Part shown: positions 54,182 through 64,000 of the stretch, piece after piece | How the letters are laid out: each line of letters opens with the position of its first letter | How positions within the stretch are numbered: the stretch's first letter is position 1 | Source: an uncultured Gemmatimonadales bacterium | GTDB taxonomy: Bacteria > Gemmatimonadota > Gemmatimonadetes > Gemmatimonadales > GWC2-71-9 | NCBI GenBank assembly: GCA_963842945.1 | Contig: CAWJIM010000002.1 | Location: forward strand, 256,001 to 320,000 | Direction of reading: 5' to 3' | DNA length: 64,000 bases | Position numbers and translations under genes: made by a program | Notes under the pieces: generated by a model | Seen by the model: only the letters and a program-made list of their open reading frames with translations | The model's database searches: none | Told to the model about the DNA's origin: nothing

Positions 54182-55586
54182 TCAAGCCTCGTCGGCAGTG
54201 GACGGCGCTTCCCGCGGCGCCGGGTCATAGCCGGGGCGCCCCATGGCCGCATAGGTCAGGCGCTTCCCCAGCTCGACGCCGGGCTGATCGAACGGGTCGA
54301 TGCCGTACCATGCGCCCGCGTATCCGGTGGCGAGCTGAAAGAACATGATCGTCTCGCCCATGGTGGCCGCGCCAAGATCGGGAAGGCGGAGGGTGCAGCT
54401 CATCCGCCCCATCTGCGCCAGCGCCGCGGAGGTGGCCTCGTACTCGGCCCGAAGCAGCTCTCCCAGCGTGTGTCCCGGCAGGTACGCCAGGTCGGGCGGC
54501 AAAGCCGGCGCGGCCGCCGGCGGCGGAGCGCCCGGGAATTCTCACATCCACCCCGAAGTTCTCCACGGTCATGAAGGTGATCGCCTTGTCGTAGGGCCCT
54601 TCCATGAACAGCTGCACCTGGCTGTGCTGATCGGTGGCGCCCACCGCGCCGACCGGCGTGGGGCCGACATGCACCGTCTTTCCTTCCCGGTCCGCTCGCT
54701 TGCCCAGGCTCTCGGCCCAGAGCTGCCGGTACCACTCCGCCAACTCGCGCAGACCGGTCGGTATACGGCATGAGCACGTGGACACGAGCTCCATGACTTA
54801 CGTCGGCCTCATGGTGGAGAGCGGCATAGAGCGCAGCCGGGTTCGCGGAAGAGGTCGTCCTCCTCGGCCCGCTCCAGCGCGAGCCGAGCGCCCTGCGAGC
54901 AAACCTTCGACGTCGATACCCACCAGAGCGGCGGGAAGCAGCCCCACCGGCGAAAGGACGCTGAATCGTCCGCCCACATCAGGCGGCACGTCGAGCGTGG
55001 CGATATGATCGCGCTGAGCCAACTCTCGCAGGGCACCGCGGCTGGGGTCGGTGGTGAAGACCAGATGCCGTTAGGCCGCGGCGCCGAGCGCCTTCTCCAG
55101 CCAGGCGCGTACCACGAGATACTGCGCCATCGTCTCCGCGGTGCCGCCTGACTTGCTGATGACGTTGACCAGAACCCGGCGAGGATCGATCCGATCCAGC
55201 GCCGCGGCGACGGAGGTCGGGTCGACATTCTCCAGCACCGTGAGCCGGGGAAAGAACTCCCGTGCCTCATCGTCCAGCTCATTCCAGGCCGGGGGGCGAA
55301 GCGCATTCAACAGAGCCTTGGTGCCGAGAGCCGATCCGCCGATGCCCAGCACCAGTACGTGATCGTGCGCCTGACCCAGACCCTCGGCAAAGCTTCTGAT
55401 CTGCCCGGACCGTCGGGCCCTGCTCCACCAGCTTGTAGAACCCGTACTCCCCGGCCGCGCGCCGGCGGCGCACTTCAGCCTGCACCGGAGGAAAGGCTGC
55501 CGAGAGCTTTTGCAGTCGGGCCCGGTTCAGCCCGTGCTCCCGTCCAGATTTTCCTGCAGCATTCGCCCGTACAGCAACTTGATCAC
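54182..55586 (-). CDS. pgi: Glucose-6-phosphate isomerase (frameshifts)
   Basis: [53 protein letters not shown]. Confidence 0.95.
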
Positions 55587-56365
55587 GCCACCTCCACCGT
55601 CAGTCCGTCGTAGGCGGGAAAGATTCCCTCGGGCAATCTGCTCTCCAGATCCGAATGCCCGGTTTCATGAGTCAGATGGGTAAGGTAGGTCCGGCGCGCC
55701 CCCAGCTCCCGCGCGGTGGTCGATCGCCTCGGAGATGCTGAGGTGAGTAGGATGGGGCCGCCACCACAGCGCATTCAGCACCAGCACATCCAGGCCCCGG
55801 AGCCGTTCACGTTCTGCTGGAGGTATCTCCTTGATGTCGGTGATGTAGGCCAAGTTACCGAATCGGTACCCGAACACGCGCAGGTGCCCGTGCTGAAACG
55901 CCAAAGGAAGCGTATCGACTCCGGCGATGCTGACGACCTCTCCGGGCGTCGACGGGATGCAGGGTGAGCCGCGGTTTGGAGGTGCCCTCGTAAGGCGCGC
56001 ACCGAGTCATCGAAGATGTAGTTGAACGATGAGCGCAGCCGATCCAGCGTCTCTTCAGGACCGAATAGATCGGGAGCGGCTTTCGTTGCCGGACCGAGAA
56101 AATCCGGAGGTCGTCGATGCCGTTGACGTGGTCGGCGTGCTCGTGGGTGTAGAGCACGGCATCGACATGGGAGAGACCGACGGTGATCAGCTGGAGCCGA
56201 AGCTCAGGCGGGGTGTCGATCAGAATGGTCGCTCCGGCATCTTGGAGCACGGCGCCAGAGCGAGGTGCGCCTGTCGCGCGGATCGGTCGAGTGGCACACG
56301 GCGCAGTCGCAGCCGATCTGGGGCACGCCGAACGACGTGCCGGTACCGAGAAACGTCAAACGCAT
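55583..56365 (-). CDS. PhnP-like MBL-fold metallo-hydrolase (frameshifts)
   Basis: [47 protein letters not shown]. Confidence 0.9.
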
Positions 56366-56368
56366 CCG

Positions 56369-57832
56369 CTACACGGCTTCGACTTTGAGGAGGTTCGTCG
56401 TGCCCGGCATGTCGAAGGGAACTCCCGCAGTCACCACCAGCCGCTCCCCGGGCTGCGCCAGCTGGCGGTCCAGGATCTGCTGCCGGGCTGCCTTGAGCAT
56501 TGTGTCGTAGTCGTTGGAGTGCGCGGTGAGCACCGGGGTTACTCCCCAGACCAGCGCGAGCTGCCGAAAGGTCTCTGGCTCCGGCGTGCAGGCGAATACT
56601 GGCACCGTGGGCCGGCAGGTGGCCACCTTTCGGGCCGTGAAACCGCTGCTCGTAAAGCAGACGATCAGCGGGGCTGAGAGCATCTCTGCGGCCGCACAGA
56701 CCGCTACGGCAATGGCATCTTCGGTCCGGATTGGCCCGCCGGGAGCCGACTGGTGGTGCCGGAGCGCTCCCTGCTCGGCTGAGCGCCGGCCCAGCGCCGC
56801 ATCGATGCTGGCTCCCCGTGACTGGCGTTGACTCTCCATCTCACGGGCGATGCGGTCCATAGCCTGTACCGCCTCCAACGGATAATCGCCCACCGCCGTT
56901 TCGGCTGACAGCATCACCGCGTCGGTGCCATCCAGAATGGCGTTCGCTACGTCCGATGTCTCTGCTCGTGTGGGCCGCGGGGCATGCACCATCGACTCGA
57001 GCATCTGCGTGGCGGTAATGACCGGCTTTCCATGCAGGCTCGCCTCGCGAATGATCTGCTTCTGCATCAGGGGCACTTCCTCGAAGGGCAATTCGACGCC
57101 CAGATCGCCCCGGGCCACCATGATCGCATCCGAGCTGTCCAGAATCCCGCACAGGTTGGTGATCGCGGTGTCCTTCTCGATCTTGGCAACCAGCTTTACC
57201 CCGCGGGGCACCAGACTGCGAAGCTGCTCGATGTCCTCCTGGCGTCGCACGAACGAAAGCGCGATGTAATCGACCCCCAGCGAGCCGGCCTGCTGCACAT
57301 CCTCGATGTCCTTTTCGGTCAAGGCCGGGGCGCTCACCTCGATACCCGGAAGGTTCATCCCCTTGTGGGCTTTGAGCTCACCGCCGTAGTGAACCACTGC
57401 CTCCACCCTCTGCTCCTGTACGCCTCTCACCTCCAGCGCTAGAAGTCCATCGTCCAGCAGTATGCGGGCGCCGATCCGCACGTCGCGAGCGAGATCATTG
57501 TAGGTCGTGGGGATCTCGCCAGGCTGGGCGATGTCCTCAGGAGCAAACACTACCTTCTGTCCTGGCTCGAGCCGAGTCGGTTTGGAGAGATCGCCGATCC
57601 GGATGCGGGGGCCTTGCAGGTCGAGCAACACGGCTGCGGCTTCGCGCCTTCCCTGGAGGACTCCGCGTAGCTCGTGGATCCAACGGGCACGCGTCTCCGG
57701 CGTGCCATGCGAGGCGTTGATCCGCACCACGTCTACCCCTGCATCCAGGAGGGAAGTCATCTTCGGCGGGGTGTCCCAGGCGGGGCCAAGCGTAGCAACG
57801 ATCTTGGTTCTACGGAGTGAGGTGCGCGGCAT
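56369..57832 (-). CDS. pyk: Pyruvate kinase
   Basis: RTKIVATLGP, DLQGP, AKIE, MVARGDLGVE, TATQMLESM, PTRAE..D. Confidence 0.98.
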   Translation of the reverse strand: MPRTSLRRTKIVATLGPAWDTPPKMTSLLDAGVDVVRINASHGTPETRARWIHELRGVLQGRREAAAVLLDLQGPRIRIGDLSKPTRLEPGQKVVFAPEDIAQPGEIPTTYNDLARDVRIGARILLDDGLLALEVRGVQEQRVEAVVHYGGELKAHKGMNLPGIEVSAPALTEKDIEDVQQAGSLGVDYIALSFVRRQEDIEQLRSLVPRGVKLVAKIEKDTAITNLCGILDSSDAIMVARGDLGVELPFEEVPLMQKQIIREASLHGKPVITATQMLESMVHAPRPTRAETSDVANAILDGTDAVMLSAETAVGDYPLEAVQAMDRIAREMESQRQSRGASIDAALGRRSAEQGALRHHQSAPGGPIRTEDAIAVAVCAAAEMLSAPLIVCFTSSGFTARKVATCRPTVPVFACTPEPETFRQLALVWGVTPVLTAHSNDYDTMLKAARQQILDRQLAQPGERLVVTAGVPFDMPGTTNLLKVEAV

Positions 57833-58265
57833 GGCAGGAGTCTAATGCACACCAGTCATACCCGCATCACGAGGGCAGCCTTTGGGGTGGTCCGGGGGCC
57901 CTGCAGAGCCATCTCAGCCAATTTCCACATGTGGAAAAGCCCAGGAAGTGAATATCTTATCTGCGTGTAAAACCTCAGAATTTGCTTGATCCGTCGGTCA
58001 CCACCTGGTCTGGATCACGCGTCTAACTTCTTCCAGAGTCGACAATTAGCGCGACAGGTTAAACTAGCAGGTGCGAATGGCGACAGTGTCGTCTCGGCCC
58101 AATTATTTATGCAGACATTCTAATTATGAACACTTTCGACATGGCCTTTTGGCTGGAACCGAAGTAAGGCTGGAAAGAGGTCGGAAAAGGGGCGGCCGCG
58201 GCGAGAGGCGGAAGGCCGGAGAGCGGCGGAGCGAGGGCGAGGGCGAGGGCGCTACTACGATCGGC

Positions 58266-59083
58266 TCATCGCAAAAATTTGAGCTCGCCTGCCCCGCCGC
58301 GGTAAAGCGGGCCGACGAAGCGGATCGGCGACCCCTTCAACCACTTTGTGAGGTCGCCCTTCCCTTGCACGGTGAGGGACCCCACGAGTGACCGGGTCCA
58401 TATCGGACGGCAAGTGAATCGAACCGACCAGGGACCGGTGCGAGTGCCGGGAACGGTCCAGGATTCCTCGATCGGGTGGTCGACTCTGGTACTGTCACCG
58501 GCGGGGCGCCCCCGCCAAATCAGTGAAGTCCGCTCCAGCTTGATCGTGTGTACATCGGTGCCAGTATCGGCGCTGTCAACCACCGATAGGTGAGCTTCCC
58601 GCAACCGCACCCCAGCGGCTTCGGCGGCGCGAATCAGATTGCTCCGAGCCGAGTAGATACCCAACACCGCATCCCGCCGGCTCCCTGACGACCCTTCCTG
58701 GGTCGGCAGCGTCCACACCGCAAGCATCTGCGGGTTTCGTGGGTTCTTTTCCGCCACCCGCCGGGTGCCCACCTGGACCGCATCGGCAAAGTAGAAGCAG
58801 ACGTTGGAGGCAGACCAGCCGGCAAACTCGGGCTGATAGCGGATCAACTCGTGAATGGAGCGATGAAGCTGTGGGATCCTGACTGGCTGGAATCGGGCGG
58901 AAGCCGGACTTGACCTCTTTAGCCGCCGCGCGCGGCTCGACCAGAAAGCGTACGCAATAAGCCTTCTCTCAAACCTTGCAGGCTCCAGGCCTGCGCCTCC
59001 TTTTCCTCGGTGGGATGCTGTGCCCGTAGCACCGCGGGTACACAGCAAGCGACAGCCACGCCAATGGCGAGGGGCTTCAACAT
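58266..59083 (-). CDS. Secreted hypothetical protein (N-terminal frameshifts)
   Basis: GAGG before ATG59083; signal peptide MLKPLAIGVAVACCVPAVLRA-Q joins the C-terminal frame of ORF 58266..59048. Confidence 0.55.
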
Positions 59084-59110
59084 ACGTCCTCAGGGGAATT
59101 GAAGGCGCGC

Positions 59111-59704
59111 TCAGGTTCCGCGGGTACTGCTTTTCACTGCTGCGCGCAGCTCGGCGAAGTCGCTGGAATTCAGCGCATTGAAGTTCATGTTCCGAAACTT
59201 GACCCGGCCATCCGGCCCCACGACATACACGGTACGCCGATTATATCCCTCAGGATCCTTGCTGGCATACTGCTTGGATACCCGCTGCTCCGGATCACTC
59301 AGCAGCCGGAACGGAAGGCCCAGACTGGCCGCGAAGCGGTTGTGGGTGGTTACGGAATCCGCGCTGATCCCGACCACAACCACATTGGGCCCGAACAGGC
59401 TGTCGTACTGCTCGGCGAAGGTGCGCATCTGGGCGGTACAGCTCTTGGTGAAGTCGCGCGGGTAGAAAGCAACCACCACGGTCTTACCCCGGTCACTCGC
59501 GAGCTGATAGGGAGATTCCACCGGACCCACCCCGTCCCGATTGGCCCAGGGCAGCGAGAAATCCGGCGCGCGCTGGCCCACGTCCGGTCCACTCTGGAGA
59601 ACGGCCTTGACCGTACCCGGTTGGTTCTGAGCGCGGGCGGCGGGTACCCTGGCCAGGCCGGCCAGGCCGATGAATGCCAGTAAAAGGTGAGAAACGCGCA
59701 TCAT
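59111..59704 (-). CDS. Exported BCP/PrxQ-type peroxiredoxin
   Basis: Signal peptide ARA-Q; APDFSLP, FYPRDFTKSCT (PxxxTxxC), GISADS, LLSDP, RRTVYVV. Confidence 0.9.
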   Translation of the reverse strand: MMRVSHLLLAFIGLAGLARVPAARAQNQPGTVKAVLQSGPDVGQRAPDFSLPWANRDGVGPVESPYQLASDRGKTVVVAFYPRDFTKSCTAQMRTFAEQYDSLFGPNVVVVGISADSVTTHNRFAASLGLPFRLLSDPEQRVSKQYASKDPEGYNRRTVYVVGPDGRVKFRNMNFNALNSSDFAELRAAVKSSTRGT

Positions 59705-59722
59705 TCAATCCTTGCTGAGAGT

Positions 59723-60223
59723 TCAGTCCTGAGTAACCCGGCGTAGGACACCATCCAGGTCCTGAGTGCCGCCGGTGCCGGTGTACGCCACCTTCCCCGC
59801 CCGATCGACCACCACCACGTAGGACGTGGTGGGGACCTTGTAGGCTCGGATGCTGGTGCCTTGATCATCGTAGAGCGTGCGGAAGCCGGGCTGGTGCGAG
59901 TCCACGTACTTGCGAACCCGGTCAGGGGACTGATTGACGGTCACGTTGACCCCGATGAACTCGACTTTCGAGCCATAAGCCGCCTGGGCCGCTCGAACTC
60001 GCGGAAGCAGCTCTTCGCAAAGCTCACACCATGTGGCCCAGAACTCGAGCAGCACGGGCTGTTTTCCGATGTACCGGCCGAGGTCGACTGGCTTTCCCTC
60101 GAGATCGTTCACAATGACCGCCGGCGCCTTGCTCCCCACGGGGATGCCGGACTCCTGAGCAGCGAGCCGGCCCCCGCCCAGAAGGAGCAGCGCAACGGCC
60201 GAGGCCCGCAGGAGAGTCTTCAT
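59723..60223 (-). CDS. TlpA-like exported thiol-disulfide oxidoreductase
   Basis: Signal peptide; FWATWCELC; VPTTSYVVVVD. Confidence 0.9.
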   Translation of the reverse strand: MKTLLRASAVALLLLGGGRLAAQESGIPVGSKAPAVIVNDLEGKPVDLGRYIGKQPVLLEFWATWCELCEELLPRVRAAQAAYGSKVEFIGVNVTVNQSPDRVRKYVDSHQPGFRTLYDDQGTSIRAYKVPTTSYVVVVDRAGKVAYTGTGGTQDLDGVLRRVTQD

Positions 60224-60919
60224 AGTACTGTCCCCGCTCTTACGAAGTAGTATTCCGCCATTCCCAACAGCAATATGCCGCCGACTCGCTTCACGGTCAG
60301 GGTCCACCGGCCCGCCTGGGGCATGGCTGCCAGGACTCCGCTGAATAGTCCGACCGCAACCAGGAGAGCGGTCAGGCCCAGGGAGAATACGAACAGGTAG
60401 AGAAACCCCAACCAGGCGCTTCCGGTGGTACTGACGAATGTAAGAACGGCGGCGAATGCGGGAGCGCCGCAGGGGGCGGCCACCAGCCCCGAGGTGGCGC
60501 CCAGAGCGAACACGCCGGCCACCGAATTGCCGCCGATACGGCCGGCCCAGGCGGCAACCCGAGCTGGGGACGCCGAAGTAAAGACGTCCAACAGGCCCAG
60601 GCCAAACACGAGCAGCAGATTGCCCATGATCAGGAGGGCCCAGGGACTCGAGCTGACACTGCCGAACAGGGTGCCGGAGAGACCCGCCAGCAGCCCGAGC
60701 ACGGAGTACACCAGGGCCAAGCCCAGGACGTACACCAGCGTGAGCGCCAGCGTGCGCCCACGCGAGCGTTCAACTGCACCCGACTCCGCCCAGAATGCCG
60801 GCGGTAATGGGAATCATCGGGTACACGCAGGGGGTAAGACTGGTGGCCAGGCCGGCGACGAACAGGGCGAGACTTGCAGCCAGCGGCTGATCGCGGAGGG
60901 CTGCTTCGAGACCGATCAG
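60220..60919 (-). CDS. ccdA: CcdA/DsbD-beta membrane electron transporter (frameshifts; start uncertain)
   Basis: [11 protein letters not shown] and AAPCGAP cysteine motifs; multi-TM. Confidence 0.88.
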
Positions 60920-62150
60920 ACCCGCTCCGCGGCTCCGACGCCGTAGTGGGAGGAGACATACTCCTCGAGAATCTCCAGAAACTCGGCTACGATGTCGTCA
61001 CCGCGCAGCGTCACCAGAAGACGCCCGTCGACGTATACCGGAGCCTTGGGGTCCTCGAAGGTGCCCGGGAGCGAGATCCCGATGTTGGCGTGCTTCGATT
61101 CACCAGGCCCGTTCACCACGCAGCCCATGACCGCGACTTTCATCTCTTCGACGCCGGGATGCTCACTGCGCCACACCGGCATCTTCACCCGCAGATAGTC
61201 CTGAATGTCCTGCGCCATCTGCTGAAAGAAGGTGCTGGTGGTCCGGCCGCAGCCGGGACAGGCGGTGACCTGCGGAGTGAAGCTGCGAAGGCCCAGCGAT
61301 TGAAGAATCTGCTGCGCGATCCGGACCTCTTCGGTGCGGTCCCCTCCGGGCTGCGGGCGTCAGCGACACCCGGATGGTGTCGCCGATTCCTTCCTGCAGG
61401 AGAATGCTGAGTCCCGCGGTGCTGGCAATGATCCCCTTGGCGCCGAGCCCAGCCTCGGTCAATCCGAGATGGAGCGGAAAGTCACATCGGGCAGGCGAGC
61501 ATGCGATACACGTCGACCAGATCTTGCACCCCGGAGACCTTGGCGCTGAGGACGATGCGATCGTGGCCCAGGCCCGTTGCCTCGGCAAGCGCCGCCGACT
61601 GGAGGGCACTCTCCACCATCGCCTCCATGACGACCAACCGGGTATCGCGCGGGGCCGGACCCCGTGCGTTGGCGTCCATCATTGCCGTCAGCAGCGTCTG
61701 GTCGAGGGAGCCCCAATTCACGCCGATCCGGACCGGCTTGTCATACGTCAGCGCAACCTCGATGATGGACCGGAAGTTTTCGTCCCGCCGCTTCCCTCCC
61801 ACGTTTCCCGGATTGATCCGATACTTGGCCAGGGCCCGGGCGCATTCCGGATACTTGGTGAGGAGCTGATGGCCGTTGTAGTGGAAGTCGCCGATGATGG
61901 GAACGCTCAGATCCATCCGCGCCAGCGCGTCGACCACGCCGGGCACCGCCTGCGCCGAAGCCTCATTGTTGACCGTGACTCGAACCAGCTCGCTTCCCGC
62001 CCGCGCCAGCTCGGCAATCTGCCCGGCCGTGGCGGCGACATCGGCGGTGTCGGTGTTGGTCATCGACTGGACCACGATCGGATGAGCGGATCCAATCGAG
62101 ACGCCGCCGACGTTGGTGGTAACGGTGCTCCGGCGAGTGACGAAGGGCAT
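60916..62150 (-). CDS. ispG: HMBPP synthase IspG (frameshifts)
   Basis: [60 protein letters not shown]. Confidence 0.96.
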
Positions 62151-62203
62151 AGTGGAAATATAAGACGCTTGCGGTCGGTTCGCGGTCACGCAGAGATTCG
62201 GAC

Positions 62204-63208
62204 ATGCTAGAACGGCACTCCGACCCGCGCCGAGCCGCGATTACCGGCGTTGCGATCTATGTGCCGCAACGAGTACTGACCAACGCGGAGCTGGCGCAGA
62301 GTCTCGATACTTCCGACGAGTGGATCATCACCCGCACCGGTATCCGCGAGCGCCGAATCGGAGCTCCGGGCGAGACGACCTCCACGATGGGAGCCGAAGC
62401 CGTTCGCCGGCTCATGGCCGATCGCAAGCTGGAACCGGGGGACATCGACGCCATCATCGTGGCGACCGTCACCCCCGACATGCTCTTCCCCGCAACTGCC
62501 TGTCTCATCCAGGATCAGCTCGGCCTCACCCGGGCCTGGGGCTTCGATCTTTCGGCCGCCTGTTCCGGCTTCCTCTACGCACTGACGGCCGGGGCGCAGC
62601 TGGTCGCCAGCGGCGCGCATCAGCGGGTCGTTGTAGTCGGCGCGGATCTCATGAGCTCGATCATCGATCCACTGGACCGCACCACGGCGGTCCTCTTCGG
62701 CGACGGAGCAGGTGCGGTGCTGCTGGAACCCGCCGAACCGGCTTTCGGGATCATGGATTTCCATCACCGGGTGGATGGCAGCGGGCGTGACGACCTGCTC
62801 ATGCCGGCCGGCGGGTCGCTGCACCCGCCCAGCGTCGAGACGGTTACCGGGCGCCAGCACTTCCTCAAACAGAACGGCAAGGTGGTGTTCAAGTTTGCCG
62901 TTTCCCAGATGGTGGAGAGCGTGCAGGTAGTCCTGCAGCGCAACGGCCTCACTCCGGCCGATGTGGCGCTCCTGGTTCCTCACCAGGCCAACCAGAGGAT
63001 TCTGGATGCCGTGGGCGAGCGTCTTGGGCTGCCGCCCGAGAGAGTCGCGTCAGTCCTGGCCTGTTATGGCAATACCACGGGCGCGACGCTTCCTCTGGCG
63101 CTGGATGCTGCGGTCAGAAATGGCAAGCTCAAGCGGGGCGACCTGATGGTGTTCGCCGCGGTGGGCGCTGGTTTTACCACCGGAGCAACGCTGGTGCGCT
63201 GGGCCTGA
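62204..63208 (+). CDS. fabH: Beta-ketoacyl-ACP synthase III
   Basis: [39 protein letters not shown]. Confidence 0.95.
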   Translation: MLERHSDPRRAAITGVAIYVPQRVLTNAELAQSLDTSDEWIITRTGIRERRIGAPGETTSTMGAEAVRRLMADRKLEPGDIDAIIVATVTPDMLFPATACLIQDQLGLTRAWGFDLSAACSGFLYALTAGAQLVASGAHQRVVVVGADLMSSIIDPLDRTTAVLFGDGAGAVLLEPAEPAFGIMDFHHRVDGSGRDDLLMPAGGSLHPPSVETVTGRQHFLKQNGKVVFKFAVSQMVESVQVVLQRNGLTPADVALLVPHQANQRILDAVGERLGLPPERVASVLACYGNTTGATLPLALDAAVRNGKLKRGDLMVFAAVGAGFTTGATLVRWA

Positions 63209-64000
63209 TCAGGCCCGGGAGAACTCTGCAGTAGTGATCGCCGAGAGGTCGGCCGCGGAAAGGGTGATGTTGGCCGCAGTGGTGCTGTCGACCGCGTGCT
63301 CCACGGTGCGGGCGCTGGGAATCACGATTACGGCGGGAGACCTGGCCAACACCCAGGCGAGAACCAGCACGTGAGGCGTGACGCCGAGCCGGCTGGCCAT
63401 GGGGCGGAGCACCGGATGCGCCGGTAGCTTGCGGTTAAGTCTCCCGCCCCCAATCGGGCTGTACGCCAGGAAACCGATCCCGTGCTCGGTGCAGTACTGG
63501 ACCACGCCTTCCTCCAGCGCCTCCCGGAAAAACGGATTCAGCCGGTTCTGTACGCGAGGTCACCTCGACCAGGCTCTCGGCCTCCTGGATCTCGGAGACT
63601 GACACGTTGGACAATCCCACCCAGCGGATCTTTCCTTCCCGCTGAAGATCGGCAAGAGCTCCCACGCTGTCGGCCAAGGGGACGGAGCGGTCCGGCGTGT
63701 GAAGCTGATACAGGTCGATCTGGTCCACCCCGAGCGCCTGCAGTGAACGCTCGCAGGCTGCTTTGAGCTGCGCCGGCCGCCCCGCCATAACCCAGCGCCC
63801 GCCCGGCCGCTCCATGCCACCCTTGGTGGCAACGAGCACCTGGTCCTTGTTCCCCCGATAGGTTCGCAGAGCCCGGGCGATCAACTCCTCATTATGGCCG
63901 ATCTCACGATCGTCGAGGCAGTAGACGTCGGCGGTGTCGATCAGCGTCACGCCGGCGTCGAGGGCGGCATGAATCACCCGAACCCCCTGCTCCTCGGGCG
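63209..64000 (-). CDS. Aldo/keto reductase (5' truncated by the window edge; frameshift ~63555)
   Basis: IDTADVY, VATKGG, IDLYQLH, VGLSN, AYSPIGG. Confidence 0.92.

Noticed and set aside
58100..58135. dif-like site (AGTGTTCATAA resembles a XerC arm)
   Set aside because: No convincing XerD arm (TTATGTTAAAT) at a 6-bp spacing

Overview
GC-rich bacterial chromosomal window, most likely from a Gemmatimonadota-type diderm (inferred from gene content and synteny; no marker gene is present). Many genes, including essential ones (dnaX, dnaJ, grpE, ispG, pgi, mnmA), are broken by single-base indels that are densest at about 25-56 kb. These look like uncorrected long-read errors rather than pseudogenes, so coordinates of split genes are approximate. 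About 1-21.5 kb is an accessory envelope/signalling island: two histidine kinases, four response regulators, an aquaporin, MscS, a BASS symporter, two outer-membrane barrels and tamB-tamA. Its intergenic regions carry two distinct repeated operator-like motifs at near-fixed spacing to -10-like hexamers, which suggests a self-contained two-tier regulon that may include an sRNA. The rest is mainly housekeeping: comM, an S41 protease, an NtrY-like kinase, a MacAB-like transporter, bshB1-iscS-mnmA, grpE-dnaJ, ffs-dnaX-ybaB-recR-mglB-mglA-pgsA-cinA, pyk-phnP-pgi-fba, ispG-ccdA-tlpA-bcp and fabH. Other notable signals are an SRP RNA with a non-GNRA apical loop, inverted heptamer repeat arrays, a G-rich octamer repeat in dnaX and several apparently leaderless genes. 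No rRNA, tRNA, CRISPR, transposase or integrase was seen.
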